A stretch of 27,118 nt of DNA from Bacteroidales bacterium (GCA_017530465.1 JAFXMJ010000367.1:1-27118), one strand, 5' to 3'. Shown: positions 16,979 to 25,133, numbered from the stretch's first letter. The notes: generated by a model not told the origin, from the sequence alone. A program made the numbers and translations.

Positions 16979-17196
16979 AACGAAAAACATCCAATGCAGA
17001 CTTGGAAGGCAAGCGCAGCATTTTCTTCCAGATAGGACTTGCAATCGCGCTATTGATTGCGGTGCTTGTGGTCAATTATAGGCAGGACAGACCCAATGCC
17101 GATACCATCACGGTGAAGGTGACTGGTTTGAGCGTCAGGAGCGCGTCTGACGTAGATTCCACGAAGCTGGCGCGTCCGCCGGAAATGCCGCGATAA
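16975..17196 (+). CDS. 73-aa protein resembling the TonB N-terminal membrane anchor only
   Basis: ATGA overlap with the M56 stop. MKRKTSNADLEGKRSIFFQIGLAIALLI aligns with MDQKKTEKADLENKRGYFLEIGLVVTLLI of the downstream TonB. No TonB C-domain is present. Confidence 0.7.
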   Translation: MKRKTSNADLEGKRSIFFQIGLAIALLIAVLVVNYRQDRPNADTITVKVTGLSVRSASDVDSTKLARPPEMPR

Positions 17197-17248
17197 AAAT
17201 TTTTTGAAAAAAAATGCGTCAAAATTTTCATACCACGATTAAAGATGT

Positions 17249-17256
17249 TAATTTTG
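17249..17256 (+). promoter_or_regulatory. -7 element (TAATTTTG) upstream of tonB
   Basis: Consensus match in the AT-rich intergenic region, 68 nt before the ATG at 17325. Confidence 0.65.
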
Positions 17257-17324
17257 CAGTTTGGAAATCCGACGCACTATTATAGTCAACGTTATTACTA
17301 AACTTAAAAAAACGAAAAGATAAA

Positions 17325-18017
17325 ATGGATCAGAAAAAAACTGAAAAAGCCGACCTCGAGAACAAGAGAGGTTATTTTCTTGAGATTGGCCTCGTAGTTA
17401 CGCTCCTGATTATGTGGGGTGTGTTCGAATATTCGACGAAGGTAGAGAGGGCTGAGGACTTCGGTCCCTTGGAGGTAGTAGCCGATGAGGAGGAACTTGC
17501 CCCCGTAACCCGTCAGGAGGAGTTGCAGCTCCCCCCGCCGCCGCCCCCGCAGCAGACTGTTGCCGACATCATCGAGATTGTGGACGACAAGGTGGAGGTC
17601 AATGACGACTTTATGAGTACAGAGGCTGACGAAAACACCACCGTGGAAATCCAGGAGGTTGTGGAAGTTGCCCAGGAGGAGGAAGTTGTAGAGGAGCCGC
17701 AGGTGTTCTTCATTGTGGAAGACATGCCCGAGTTCCCTGGTGGCGAGCTCGCTCTCCGCAAGTACATCGCCGAGAATGTGCGCTACCCCGAAATGGCTAA
17801 GGAAAACGACATCCAGGGCACCGTGTATGTTCGCTTCGTGGTGGATACCGATGGTTCTGTAAAGAACGTTGAAGTGCTCCGTGGCGTTGACCCGCTGCTC
17901 GACAAGGAGGCCGTCCGCGTAGTGCAGTCGCTCCCGAAATGGAAGCCCGGCAAGCAGCGTGGCAAGGCTGTGAAAGTAAGCCACTCAGTGCCGATCAAAT
18001 TCCAGCTCCAAAACTAA
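17325..18017 (+). CDS. tonB: Energy transducer TonB
   Basis: KADLENKR TM anchor, poly-Pro stretch, acidic spacer, C-domain VEDMPEFPGG...YPEMAKENDIQGTVYVRFVV...LDKEAVRVV..PKWKPGKQRGKAV. Confidence 0.95.
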   Translation: MDQKKTEKADLENKRGYFLEIGLVVTLLIMWGVFEYSTKVERAEDFGPLEVVADEEELAPVTRQEELQLPPPPPPQQTVADIIEIVDDKVEVNDDFMSTEADENTTVEIQEVVEVAQEEEVVEEPQVFFIVEDMPEFPGGELALRKYIAENVRYPEMAKENDIQGTVYVRFVVDTDGSVKNVEVLRGVDPLLDKEAVRVVQSLPKWKPGKQRGKAVKVSHSVPIKFQLQN

Positions 18018-18020
18018 TCT

Positions 18021-18089
18021 TAATGCATAATGCATAATTCATAGTAGAGCATCCGCCGGATGTCAATTATGAATTATGCATTATGAATT
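18021..18089. repeat. Palindromic heptamer-arm element, family B, copy 2
   Basis: Perfect 18-bp inverted repeat CATAATGCATAATTCATA (18026-18043) / TATGAATTATGCATTATG (18068-18085). The 24-nt spacer contains an inner hairpin CATCC-GCC-GGATG. More TTATGCA-like units continue to about 18160. Confidence 0.9.
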
Positions 18090-18165
18090 TTTGAATTGTG
18101 ATTTGTTGTTATTGCATTGTTGGTACAAATTATGCATTGTGCATTAAGCATTATGCATTGAAAAA

Positions 18166-18972
18166 ATGGATGAGATTATCGACAACAAGCCTATCGTGGT
18201 GCCGTGGGACTATTCGCAAAAAGCCGAGTGTGCCCTGCTGCATGCCATAGATTTTGCCCTCGCGCTCGACCGGGGAATCATCCTTGTGCACATCACCAAG
18301 GATGAGGCTGACAATGCCCTCAATGTGGAGCGGCTCAATCTCATCGCCGAGGATGTAATGCGCAAATATGGTATCCGCCCGGGCGTCGTAGTGCGCACAG
18401 GCAATATCTTCACCGAAATCAAGCACGTCATAGAAGAATGTGACGCCAAGCTCGCCGTGATGGGCACGCATGGTCTCAAGGGACTGCAAAAATTCACCGG
18501 CAGTTGGGCATTGAAAGTGATTACGGGCAGCAAAGCCCCATTCGTGGTGGTGCAGGACAAGCCATTGAATTCCGACATCCACAAAGTGGTGCTGCCTCTC
18601 GATTTTAAGCTCGAAGAGCGTCAGAAGCTCGTCTGGGTGCAGTTTGTCGCCAAGGCATACAAGTGCAAATTTTATCTCTGCTACATCGAAAATAGCGACG
18701 CGCAAATCCGCAAGCGCACTCAGGCAAATATCTCCGCAGCCATCAAATATTTGGAAACCAATCAAATCAATTACGAACTTCAGAGGCTCGCCGGCAAGGA
18801 AGGACTTGCAAGCGAGACCATCAACTTCGCTCAATCTATCGGCTCGGGGCTTATTATTATAATGACTACCAAAAACATCCGTTTCCAGGATTATGTGCTT
18901 GGCGCAGCCGAGCAGCAGATTATCGCCAACGAGGCAAAGATTCCCGTCATGTGTGTCAATCCGATGGAATGA
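18166..18972 (+). CDS. Universal stress protein (tandem USP domains)
   Basis: IVVPWDYSQKAECAL, LAVMGTHGLKGLQKFTGSWALKVI, KVVLPLDF, LGAAEQQII...PVMCVNP. Confidence 0.9.
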   Translation: MDEIIDNKPIVVPWDYSQKAECALLHAIDFALALDRGIILVHITKDEADNALNVERLNLIAEDVMRKYGIRPGVVVRTGNIFTEIKHVIEECDAKLAVMGTHGLKGLQKFTGSWALKVITGSKAPFVVVQDKPLNSDIHKVVLPLDFKLEERQKLVWVQFVAKAYKCKFYLCYIENSDAQIRKRTQANISAAIKYLETNQINYELQRLAGKEGLASETINFAQSIGSGLIIIMTTKNIRFQDYVLGAAEQQIIANEAKIPVMCVNPME

Positions 18973-19004
18973 CTTTTTTCTTTGTTATTGTCATAAAAAA
19001 TTGT

Positions 19005-19012
19005 TACCTTTG
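19005..19012 (+). promoter_or_regulatory. -7 element (TACCTTTG) with -33 TTTG at 18981-18984
   Basis: Both consensus elements are present with a 20-nt spacer, upstream of the ATG at 19042. Confidence 0.8.
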
Positions 19013-19041
19013 CCCCTGCAATAATTGTAACACCGATTATA

Positions 19042-20112
19042 ATGGAAAAAAAATCTAACAACAAATATGTGGTTGGCATCACCCACGGTGATATCAACGG
19101 TATAGGATATGAAGTGATATTCAAGGCGTTGTCTGACCCCGCCATATACGACGACTGCACCTTTGTTATATATGGTTCGCCAAAGATTGCGGCGTTTCAC
19201 CGCAAGCAAATCAACCTTGCCAATACTGTGGTCAACAATGCCACCAGCGTCGAGGACATCGTGCCAAACGCCATCAACATCATCAACGTCTGCGACGAAA
19301 ATACACGTGTTGACCTCGGTTGCAGCACCATACAGGCTGGCGAGTGCAGTGTGGCCGCCGTGCACAGGGCTGTGGCAGACCTCAAAAACAATATGCTCGA
19401 CATCCTCATCAACGCTCCCGCCGACGTGTCCAATATGATGGATGCCGGTTTCAAATTTGCCGGTGTGCCTGAGTTCATCGCGCACGACCTCAGCTACCGC
19501 AATTTCGTATTGATGATGCTCGGCGACAAGATAAGGATTGCCACTGTGACAAGCCCTATGCCACTTGGCAACGTGCTTAACGTACTGACCGCCGACAAGA
19601 TTTATTGGAAAATCAAGACCCTCAATAAGTCGCTCAAAGACGATTTCGCCATCCGCAAGCCGCGCATTGCTGTCCTTGGCTTCAATCCCTTCGCCAGCAA
19701 CAACGGCGCATTTGGTCAGGAGGAGGCGGAGAGGATAATGCCCGCAATCGACAAGGCGACGGAAGAAGACATTGTGGTCTTTGGTCCTTACAGCCCCGAC
19801 GGATTTTTTGCATCGGAGGCTTATATGAAATTTGACGCCGTGCTTGCTATGACCTACGACCAGGCGGCTGTGCCTTTCAGAATCATTGAGGGCTACAAGG
19901 GCGTATGCTACACCGGCGGACTTCCAGTGGTATGCACATCGCCTCTGCATGGACCGGCTTACGACATTGCCGGCAATGGCGTGGCAGACGACACCTCTAT
20001 GCGCAATGCCATCTACAGGGCTGTGGACATTATGTACAATAAGAAGATACTCGACGGCATCGTACCGCTCAAGAAATTGACGGAGCATGAGGCCGACAAA
20101 AAAATCTGCTAA
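19042..20112 (+). CDS. pdxA: PdxA-family (4-hydroxythreonine-4-phosphate dehydrogenase-like) protein with substituted metal ligands
   Basis: VGITHGDINGIGYEVIFK, IYGSPKIAAFHRK, KPRIAVLG, GPYSPDGFF, TSPLHGPAYDIAG. The family is clear, but the activity is doubtful (see findings). Confidence 0.85.
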   Translation: MEKKSNNKYVVGITHGDINGIGYEVIFKALSDPAIYDDCTFVIYGSPKIAAFHRKQINLANTVVNNATSVEDIVPNAINIINVCDENTRVDLGCSTIQAGECSVAAVHRAVADLKNNMLDILINAPADVSNMMDAGFKFAGVPEFIAHDLSYRNFVLMMLGDKIRIATVTSPMPLGNVLNVLTADKIYWKIKTLNKSLKDDFAIRKPRIAVLGFNPFASNNGAFGQEEAERIMPAIDKATEEDIVVFGPYSPDGFFASEAYMKFDAVLAMTYDQAAVPFRIIEGYKGVCYTGGLPVVCTSPLHGPAYDIAGNGVADDTSMRNAIYRAVDIMYNKKILDGIVPLKKLTEHEADKKIC

Positions 20113-20133
20113 CCAAAGAATTTCAAAATCATT

Positions 20134-20982
20134 ATGGCGTACAATAATTTTTCGCTCGAATCCCACGGTGAGGGGTTCGTGGATAGCAAGTTGGAGTTTT
20201 ACCGAGCCAATGCGGCAGCTCCTTCATTGGCGGTACTCAAAAAAATCCACTCGTGCATCGACCTCACCACTCTCAGCAACGCCGACAATGCCAAGTCGGT
20301 GAAGGCTCTCGTGGATATTGTCAATACGCACACCGCCAATCATCCCGGCATCCCCAACGTGGCGGGCATCTGCGTGTATCCCAAGTTTGTAAGCGTGGTG
20401 AAGGACGCTCTCAAAGTGCCTGGTGTGGACATTGTGTCGGTAGCGGGCGCATTCCCCCATGCACAGACTTTCACCGAAATCAAGGTGAAGGAAGTGGCTC
20501 TTGCCGTAGAGGCTGGTGCTGATGAAATCGACGTTGTAATCAATGCCGGCGACATCATCGCGAAGGATTACGAAGACGCTCTCAACGAATTGAAGGCTAT
20601 GCGCGAGGCTTGCAAGTCCGTCAAGATGAAAGTGATATTGGAGACAGGCGTTTACAAAGCCGATTCCGACATCTACGACGCATCCATAATAGCAATGGAG
20701 GCGGGTGCCGACTTTGTGAAGACCTCCACCGGCAAGAGCGAACCTGCCGCCACGCCGCGTGCAATGCTCATTATGGCATTGGCAGTGAGCGATTATTGTA
20801 AGGCTACAGGCAGGCGCGTGGGCATCAAGCCCGCCGGAGGCATCAGGACATCGCAGGACGCCATGCGGTATTGCGCCATCATGGAAGATATTTTCCACGG
20901 CGATTACGACAATACCACATTCCGCATCGGTGCCACATCGCTCGCAAAGAACGTCATAGCCGACATCAAGGCGTTGTCATAA
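20134..20982 (+). CDS. deoC: Deoxyribose-phosphate aldolase
   Basis: CIDLTTL, GADEIDVV, KVILETG, GADFVKTSTGK, GIKPAGGIRT, FRIGATSL. Confidence 0.95.
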   Translation: MAYNNFSLESHGEGFVDSKLEFYRANAAAPSLAVLKKIHSCIDLTTLSNADNAKSVKALVDIVNTHTANHPGIPNVAGICVYPKFVSVVKDALKVPGVDIVSVAGAFPHAQTFTEIKVKEVALAVEAGADEIDVVINAGDIIAKDYEDALNELKAMREACKSVKMKVILETGVYKADSDIYDASIIAMEAGADFVKTSTGKSEPAATPRAMLIMALAVSDYCKATGRRVGIKPAGGIRTSQDAMRYCAIMEDIFHGDYDNTTFRIGATSLAKNVIADIKALS

Positions 20983-21147
20983 TGCAAAAAAAACGTAAAA
21001 AACGTCTCTGCCGCTAAAAAATTTTTGATGTCCCGAGGACTGTTAAATTCGCTGTCTGTTAACGAATTATTAAAACTGAGGGTCAAAAAATAATGATTTG
21101 TTATACAACGTCTTATAAAAAAATTTTTTTTTATGGTCGAAAAAGTT

Positions 21148-21155
21148 TAACTTTG
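21148..21155 (+). promoter_or_regulatory. -7 element (TAACTTTG) of acpP-fabF-rnc
   Basis: Consensus match preceded by a T-rich -33 region. Confidence 0.75.
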
Positions 21156-21223
21156 CGGTCGGAAAAAAACACATAGTTGTTAAAGAAAGTAATATTAATT
21201 AATTAAATTAAAATCAATAAATT

Positions 21224-21460
21224 ATGTCAGAAATTTCTTCTAAGGTAAAGGCTATCATCGTCGACAAGCTCGGCGTTGACGAGGCTGAGGTAACTGAACA
21301 GGCAAGCTTCACCAATGATCTCGGTGCTGATTCGCTCGACACTGTTGAGCTCATCATGCAGTTCGAGAAGGAGTTTGGTGTCACCATTCCCGACGATCAG
21401 GCTGAGAAGATCACCAATGTAGGCGAAGCTATCGCTTTCATCGAGCAGAATGCCAAGTAA
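21224..21460 (+). CDS. acpP: Acyl carrier protein
   Basis: [25 protein letters not shown] with the phosphopantetheine Ser in DSL. Confidence 0.98.
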   Translation: MSEISSKVKAIIVDKLGVDEAEVTEQASFTNDLGADSLDTVELIMQFEKEFGVTIPDDQAEKITNVGEAIAFIEQNAK

Positions 21461-21511
21461 TTGAATCAATTTTGACTAACGTTTTTCACACAAACTTAGC
21501 AATTCACACTT

Positions 21512-22759
21512 ATGGAATTAAAACGAGTAGTTGTCACCGGCATGGGATCTATCAATCCCTTAGGCCACAATATAGCCGAGTTTTGGGAAAGCCTGAAAAA
21601 CGGGGTAAGCGGCGCAGGTCCAATTACCCGTTTTAATTGCGAAAAGTTCAAGACGAGGTTCGCATGCGAGGTCAAGGATTACGACCCTGCCAAGTATTTC
21701 GACAGGAAGTCTATTTCCAAGCTCGACCTCTTCACACAGTTTGCGCTCATCTCCACCGACGAAGGCTTCAAGGATTCGGGTCTTACAGAAGACCAGATAG
21801 ACCTTGAGCGCGCCGGAGTAATATGGGGATGCGGCATCGGCGGCATCAATGTGATGACCGACGAAGTCCTCGAATTTGGCAAGGGCGACGGCACGCCCAA
21901 GTTTAGCCCCTTCTTCATCCCCAAGATGATTAGCGACATCGCCGCTGGTCAGATTTCGATGAAGTATGGTTTCCGTGGTCCCAACTACGCCACGGTATCG
22001 GCTTGTGCCTCGTCCACACACGCTATCATTGATGCCTTCAATTGGATTCGCCTCGGCAAGGCGGACGTGATGATTACTGGTGGCTCCGAGTCGCCGATAG
22101 GAATCGCAGCTTTCGCCGGATTCAACTCTATGAAGGCTCTCTCCACACGCAACGACGACCCGCAACACGCTTCAAGGCCGTTTGACAAGACTCGCGACGG
22201 CTTCGTTATCGGCGAAGGCGCAGGATGTCTCGTGCTGGAGGAATATGAACACGCCAAGGCCCGTGGCGCCAAGATCTACTGCGAGGTAGGCGGCGGCGGC
22301 GCATCTGCCGATGCTCATCATATCACTGCTCCCCATCCGGAAGGCAAGGGCGCGGCTCAGGTGATGAAGATGGCTATCGACGACGCTTGCATCAAGCCGG
22401 AAGAAATCGACTACATCAATGTACACGGCACTTCCACTGGCTTGGGCGACAAGGCTGAGGCTTTGGCTATCAAGCAAGTATTTGGCGAACACGCTTACAA
22501 CTTGAGCATCAGCAGCACCAAGAGTATGACGGGACACCTCCTCGGCGGCGCAGGAGCGATAGAATCGATTGCATGTGTGCTCGCAATGGTAAATGACACC
22601 GTGCCCCCGACTATCAATTTCGAGACGCCAGACCCGGACATCGACCCGAAGCTCGACATCACGCCCAATGTGGCAAAGAAGCGCAGCATCCGTGCCGCTC
22701 TCAACAACACATTCGGTTTCGGTGGTCACAATGCTTCTGTGGTGTTCAAGAAGTTGTAG
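21512..22759 (+). CDS. fabF: Beta-ketoacyl-ACP synthase II
   Basis: KRVVVTGMG, TVSACASS (catalytic Cys), INVHGTST, KSMTGHLLGGAG, NTFGFGGHN. Confidence 0.97.
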   Translation: MELKRVVVTGMGSINPLGHNIAEFWESLKNGVSGAGPITRFNCEKFKTRFACEVKDYDPAKYFDRKSISKLDLFTQFALISTDEGFKDSGLTEDQIDLERAGVIWGCGIGGINVMTDEVLEFGKGDGTPKFSPFFIPKMISDIAAGQISMKYGFRGPNYATVSACASSTHAIIDAFNWIRLGKADVMITGGSESPIGIAAFAGFNSMKALSTRNDDPQHASRPFDKTRDGFVIGEGAGCLVLEEYEHAKARGAKIYCEVGGGGASADAHHITAPHPEGKGAAQVMKMAIDDACIKPEEIDYINVHGTSTGLGDKAEALAIKQVFGEHAYNLSISSTKSMTGHLLGGAGAIESIACVLAMVNDTVPPTINFETPDPDIDPKLDITPNVAKKRSIRAALNNTFGFGGHNASVVFKKL

Positions 22760-22783
22760 GCCCTTAAAATCTTTTAACGAAAG

Positions 22784-23518
22784 GTGTTTACCGGCTTAGT
22801 CGCGTTTTTTAAATACGTATTCAGGCTCGACAAAAAGTTTTTTAATTCAATCAAGAAAATTTCGGGCTACTATCCAAATCATCTGGAGTATTACAAGACT
22901 GCACTCATACACCGTTCCAAATCACTGAAGGCAAAAGGTGGTTTCTTGGTCAACAACGAGAGGCTTGAGTTTCTCGGCGATTCGGTGCTCGATTTGCTTA
23001 TCGGTGAGTACCTTTACAAAAAGTTTCCTGACAAACAGGAAGGGTATCTTACCCAATGCAGGTCGAGAATCGTCAACGGCGAAAACCTCACTGAGCTTAC
23101 CAAGCACATAGGACTCGACAAACTCGTAAAGACCAATGTAAAAGCAAACGCTAAGGGCGTGCACCTGTATGGCGACGCTTTTGAGGCGTTTCTCGGAGCA
23201 CTTTACCTCGACAGGGGGTTCAAGGTTGCGGGTCAGTTTATCTACTCCAACGTCCTGCCCAATTATCTCGATGTGGTGGAGCTTGAGCATCACAACCACA
23301 ATTACAAGTCGCAGATGATTGAGTGGGGACAGAAAAACAGGTACACTGTGACGTTCAAGACTGCGCTCGACGCTCCGGGCAGCCGTTATTTCCTGTCGCT
23401 CGTCACCATCGACGGCAAGGAAATGGGCTCGGGTGTTGGAGTTTCCAAGAAGGAGGCTGAGCAGCTTGCGTCCAAGATGTGTTTGGAAAAGATTGGCGCA
23501 CTCCAAGAAGAATGTTGA
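22784..23518 (+). CDS. rnc: Ribonuclease III
   Basis: GTG start, signature NNERLEFLGDSVL, GDAFEAFLGALYLDRG, dsRBD NYKSQMIEWGQ...SKKEAEQLAS. Confidence 0.96.
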   Translation: MFTGLVAFFKYVFRLDKKFFNSIKKISGYYPNHLEYYKTALIHRSKSLKAKGGFLVNNERLEFLGDSVLDLLIGEYLYKKFPDKQEGYLTQCRSRIVNGENLTELTKHIGLDKLVKTNVKANAKGVHLYGDAFEAFLGALYLDRGFKVAGQFIYSNVLPNYLDVVELEHHNHNYKSQMIEWGQKNRYTVTFKTALDAPGSRYFLSLVTIDGKEMGSGVGVSKKEAEQLASKMCLEKIGALQEEC

Positions 23519-23550
23519 CCTTGTGCCGACATTCGTAATCTAATTGAAGA

Positions 23551-23608
23551 AGCGGTTTGTGAACAGCGTCGCGGACTGACTGCGAGATGTCCACAAATCG
23601 TTTTTTTT
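23551..23608 (+). terminator. Long imperfect hairpin plus U-tract downstream of rnc (terminator-like)
   Basis: CGGTTTGTG/CACAAATCG outer stem, ACA/TGT, TCGCGG/CTGCGA inner stem with an ACTGA loop, followed by T8. Confidence 0.7.
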
Positions 23609-23618
23609 ATTTTTAGAT

Positions 23619-23650
23619 TTATTGAATTATTGATTTGTTGAATTGTTGAT
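23619..23650 (+). repeat. Four degenerate 8-bp tandem repeats (TTRTTGAW)
   Basis: ttattgaa ttattgat ttgttgaa ttgttgat, ending 2 nt before the ATG at 23653. Confidence 0.8.
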
Positions 23651-23652
23651 TT

Positions 23653-24228
23653 ATGTTGATAATCAATGACGTCCTCATCGACGAAGACATATTCCTTCAA
23701 AATTTTGTCTGCGACCTCTCGTCTTGCAAGGGGCGTTGCTGCATCGAGGGCGACCTTGGTGCGCCATTGGAGGCTAATGAACTCGACCTCCTCGAAAAAT
23801 ATTATCCGAAGGTGAAGCGATACCTTTCGGAAGAAAATCGCAAAGCCGTTGAGCAGCAGGGTTTTGGCGTTGTGGACGATGCTGGCGACCTCGATACGCC
23901 GCTTGCCAAAGATGGCGAATGTGCATACGTCACTCACAGGGACGGCATATTGAAATGTGCCTACGAATGTGCCTACCTCGACGGCAAAATCCCATGGCGC
24001 AAACCAGCCTCGTGTTACCTATATCCCATCCGTGTGGGCAAGGCCGGCCCTTACAAAACCCTCAAATTTGACCGCTGGCACATCTGCGACTGTGCGCTCA
24101 TCAAGGGCGAGAGGCAGGGCGTGCCGTGTTACAAATTCCTCGAAGGCCCACTCACAGATGTGTTTGGAGAAGATTTTTACCGTCAATTGTGCGAAGTAGG
24201 GGAGGCGTGGCTCAATAGCCGGACATAA
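23653..24228 (+). CDS. DUF3109 family protein (Cys-rich, probable metal or Fe-S binding)
   Basis: FVCDLSSCKGRCCIEGDLGAPL, ECAY, CAYECAY, WRKPASCYLYPIR, RWHIC. Confidence 0.9.
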   Translation: MLIINDVLIDEDIFLQNFVCDLSSCKGRCCIEGDLGAPLEANELDLLEKYYPKVKRYLSEENRKAVEQQGFGVVDDAGDLDTPLAKDGECAYVTHRDGILKCAYECAYLDGKIPWRKPASCYLYPIRVGKAGPYKTLKFDRWHICDCALIKGERQGVPCYKFLEGPLTDVFGEDFYRQLCEVGEAWLNSRT

Positions 24229-24267
24229 CAACTACTAAATCAGAAACAACAATTTATTATTCTTGAC

Positions 24268-25107
24268 ATGAAACAAATTTTGCTTGCAATTTTGCTCGTC
24301 TTTCTATGCGCATTTGACGTATCGGCGCAGAGAGGCATTACCAATAAGAAAAAAAAGCCCACCAATCTGTGGAGCGTTGGCGTTGGCGGAGGCGCAAGGG
24401 TAAATCTTATGAAGATTACCCACCTTTCGTCTTATCTTGAAGTCGATCAGTGGTCGCGCTGTGGCTGTGTTGCTTCGGCATTTGTGAGCCGTGAATTTTT
24501 TGATGGCTTTTTGGGTGTCCGCCCGCAGGTGTCGTATGTGAGTCGTGGAGGTATGTATTTTTGTTGGAAATCTTACGGTTGGACAATCAGCAAGGATTAT
24601 GAGGTCAGGATACGATACATTGACTTTCGTATGCCGTTGATACTCAATCTCGTTGGCAGTAGCAGCCGGAGCCGAATAGTACCATACGTGTATGCAACCC
24701 CGATTTTCGGCAAGACTGTTGGCGGCTATATTTCGCTTGACGGCTCTGTGTTTATGGGCTCGGTGACTGATGATAAGTTGCGCGTTACCAAGGCAAACGT
24801 GGCGGAGCGTTATTTCGGCGCAGGCGCGGGCATTGGCGCAAAGTACAAGTTTGAAATTAATAGGAAAGAATTTTTCATCGGTTTTGAAGCGTTGTACGAT
24901 TACGGCTTTACCAATACATACGGCAAACAGGAGAGGGACGGCAAGTCTATTGACGTGGGACATTTGGTGGATTACGAGAATGTACCGCTCAAAGGCAAGC
25001 GCAGTTTTACGGGCGTGGAGATGCAAGTGACTTTTGGCATGCCGTTCGATTTCAATTTCCATCGCCGCGAAAAGCCGCAGACCACCCGTAGCGTAAGGAA
25101 TCTCTAA
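24268..25107 (+). CDS. Outer-membrane beta-barrel (porin/PorT-like family) protein
   Basis: Signal peptide ending VSA-Q. Strands LGVRPQVSYVSRG, YIDFRMPLILNL, PYVYATP, GAGAGIGAKY, GFEALYDYGFTN, VEMQVTFGMP. Confidence 0.8.
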   Translation: MKQILLAILLVFLCAFDVSAQRGITNKKKKPTNLWSVGVGGGARVNLMKITHLSSYLEVDQWSRCGCVASAFVSREFFDGFLGVRPQVSYVSRGGMYFCWKSYGWTISKDYEVRIRYIDFRMPLILNLVGSSSRSRIVPYVYATPIFGKTVGGYISLDGSVFMGSVTDDKLRVTKANVAERYFGAGAGIGAKYKFEINRKEFFIGFEALYDYGFTNTYGKQERDGKSIDVGHLVDYENVPLKGKRSFTGVEMQVTFGMPFDFNFHRREKPQTTRSVRNL

Positions 25108-25133
25108 TGTGAAACACAAAATACTGTAATCAA

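Noticed and set aside
17304-17984. 226-aa minus-strand ORF and other short overlapping ORFs throughout the track
   Set aside because: They lie within or opposite recognised genes and show no independent motifs, promoters or start context.
18991-20166. 391-aa minus-strand ORF
   Set aside because: It is the antisense shadow of the pdxA-like gene and spans its promoter.
20982-21017. 11-codon basic ORF MQKKRKKRLCR overlapping the deoC stop
   Set aside because: It is too short and lies in A-rich intergenic DNA where such ORFs arise by chance. There is no supporting evidence.
21124-21132. Poly-T and poly-A tracts near promoters (also about 17196-17213) as phase-variation switches
   Set aside because: Such tracts are routine upstream of Bacteroidota -7 elements, and these precede essential or housekeeping genes.
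23519-23652. tRNA or riboswitch in the rnc-DUF3109 intergenic region
   Set aside because: There is no cloverleaf, T-loop or recognisable aptamer consensus. A single long hairpin plus U-tract explains the structure.
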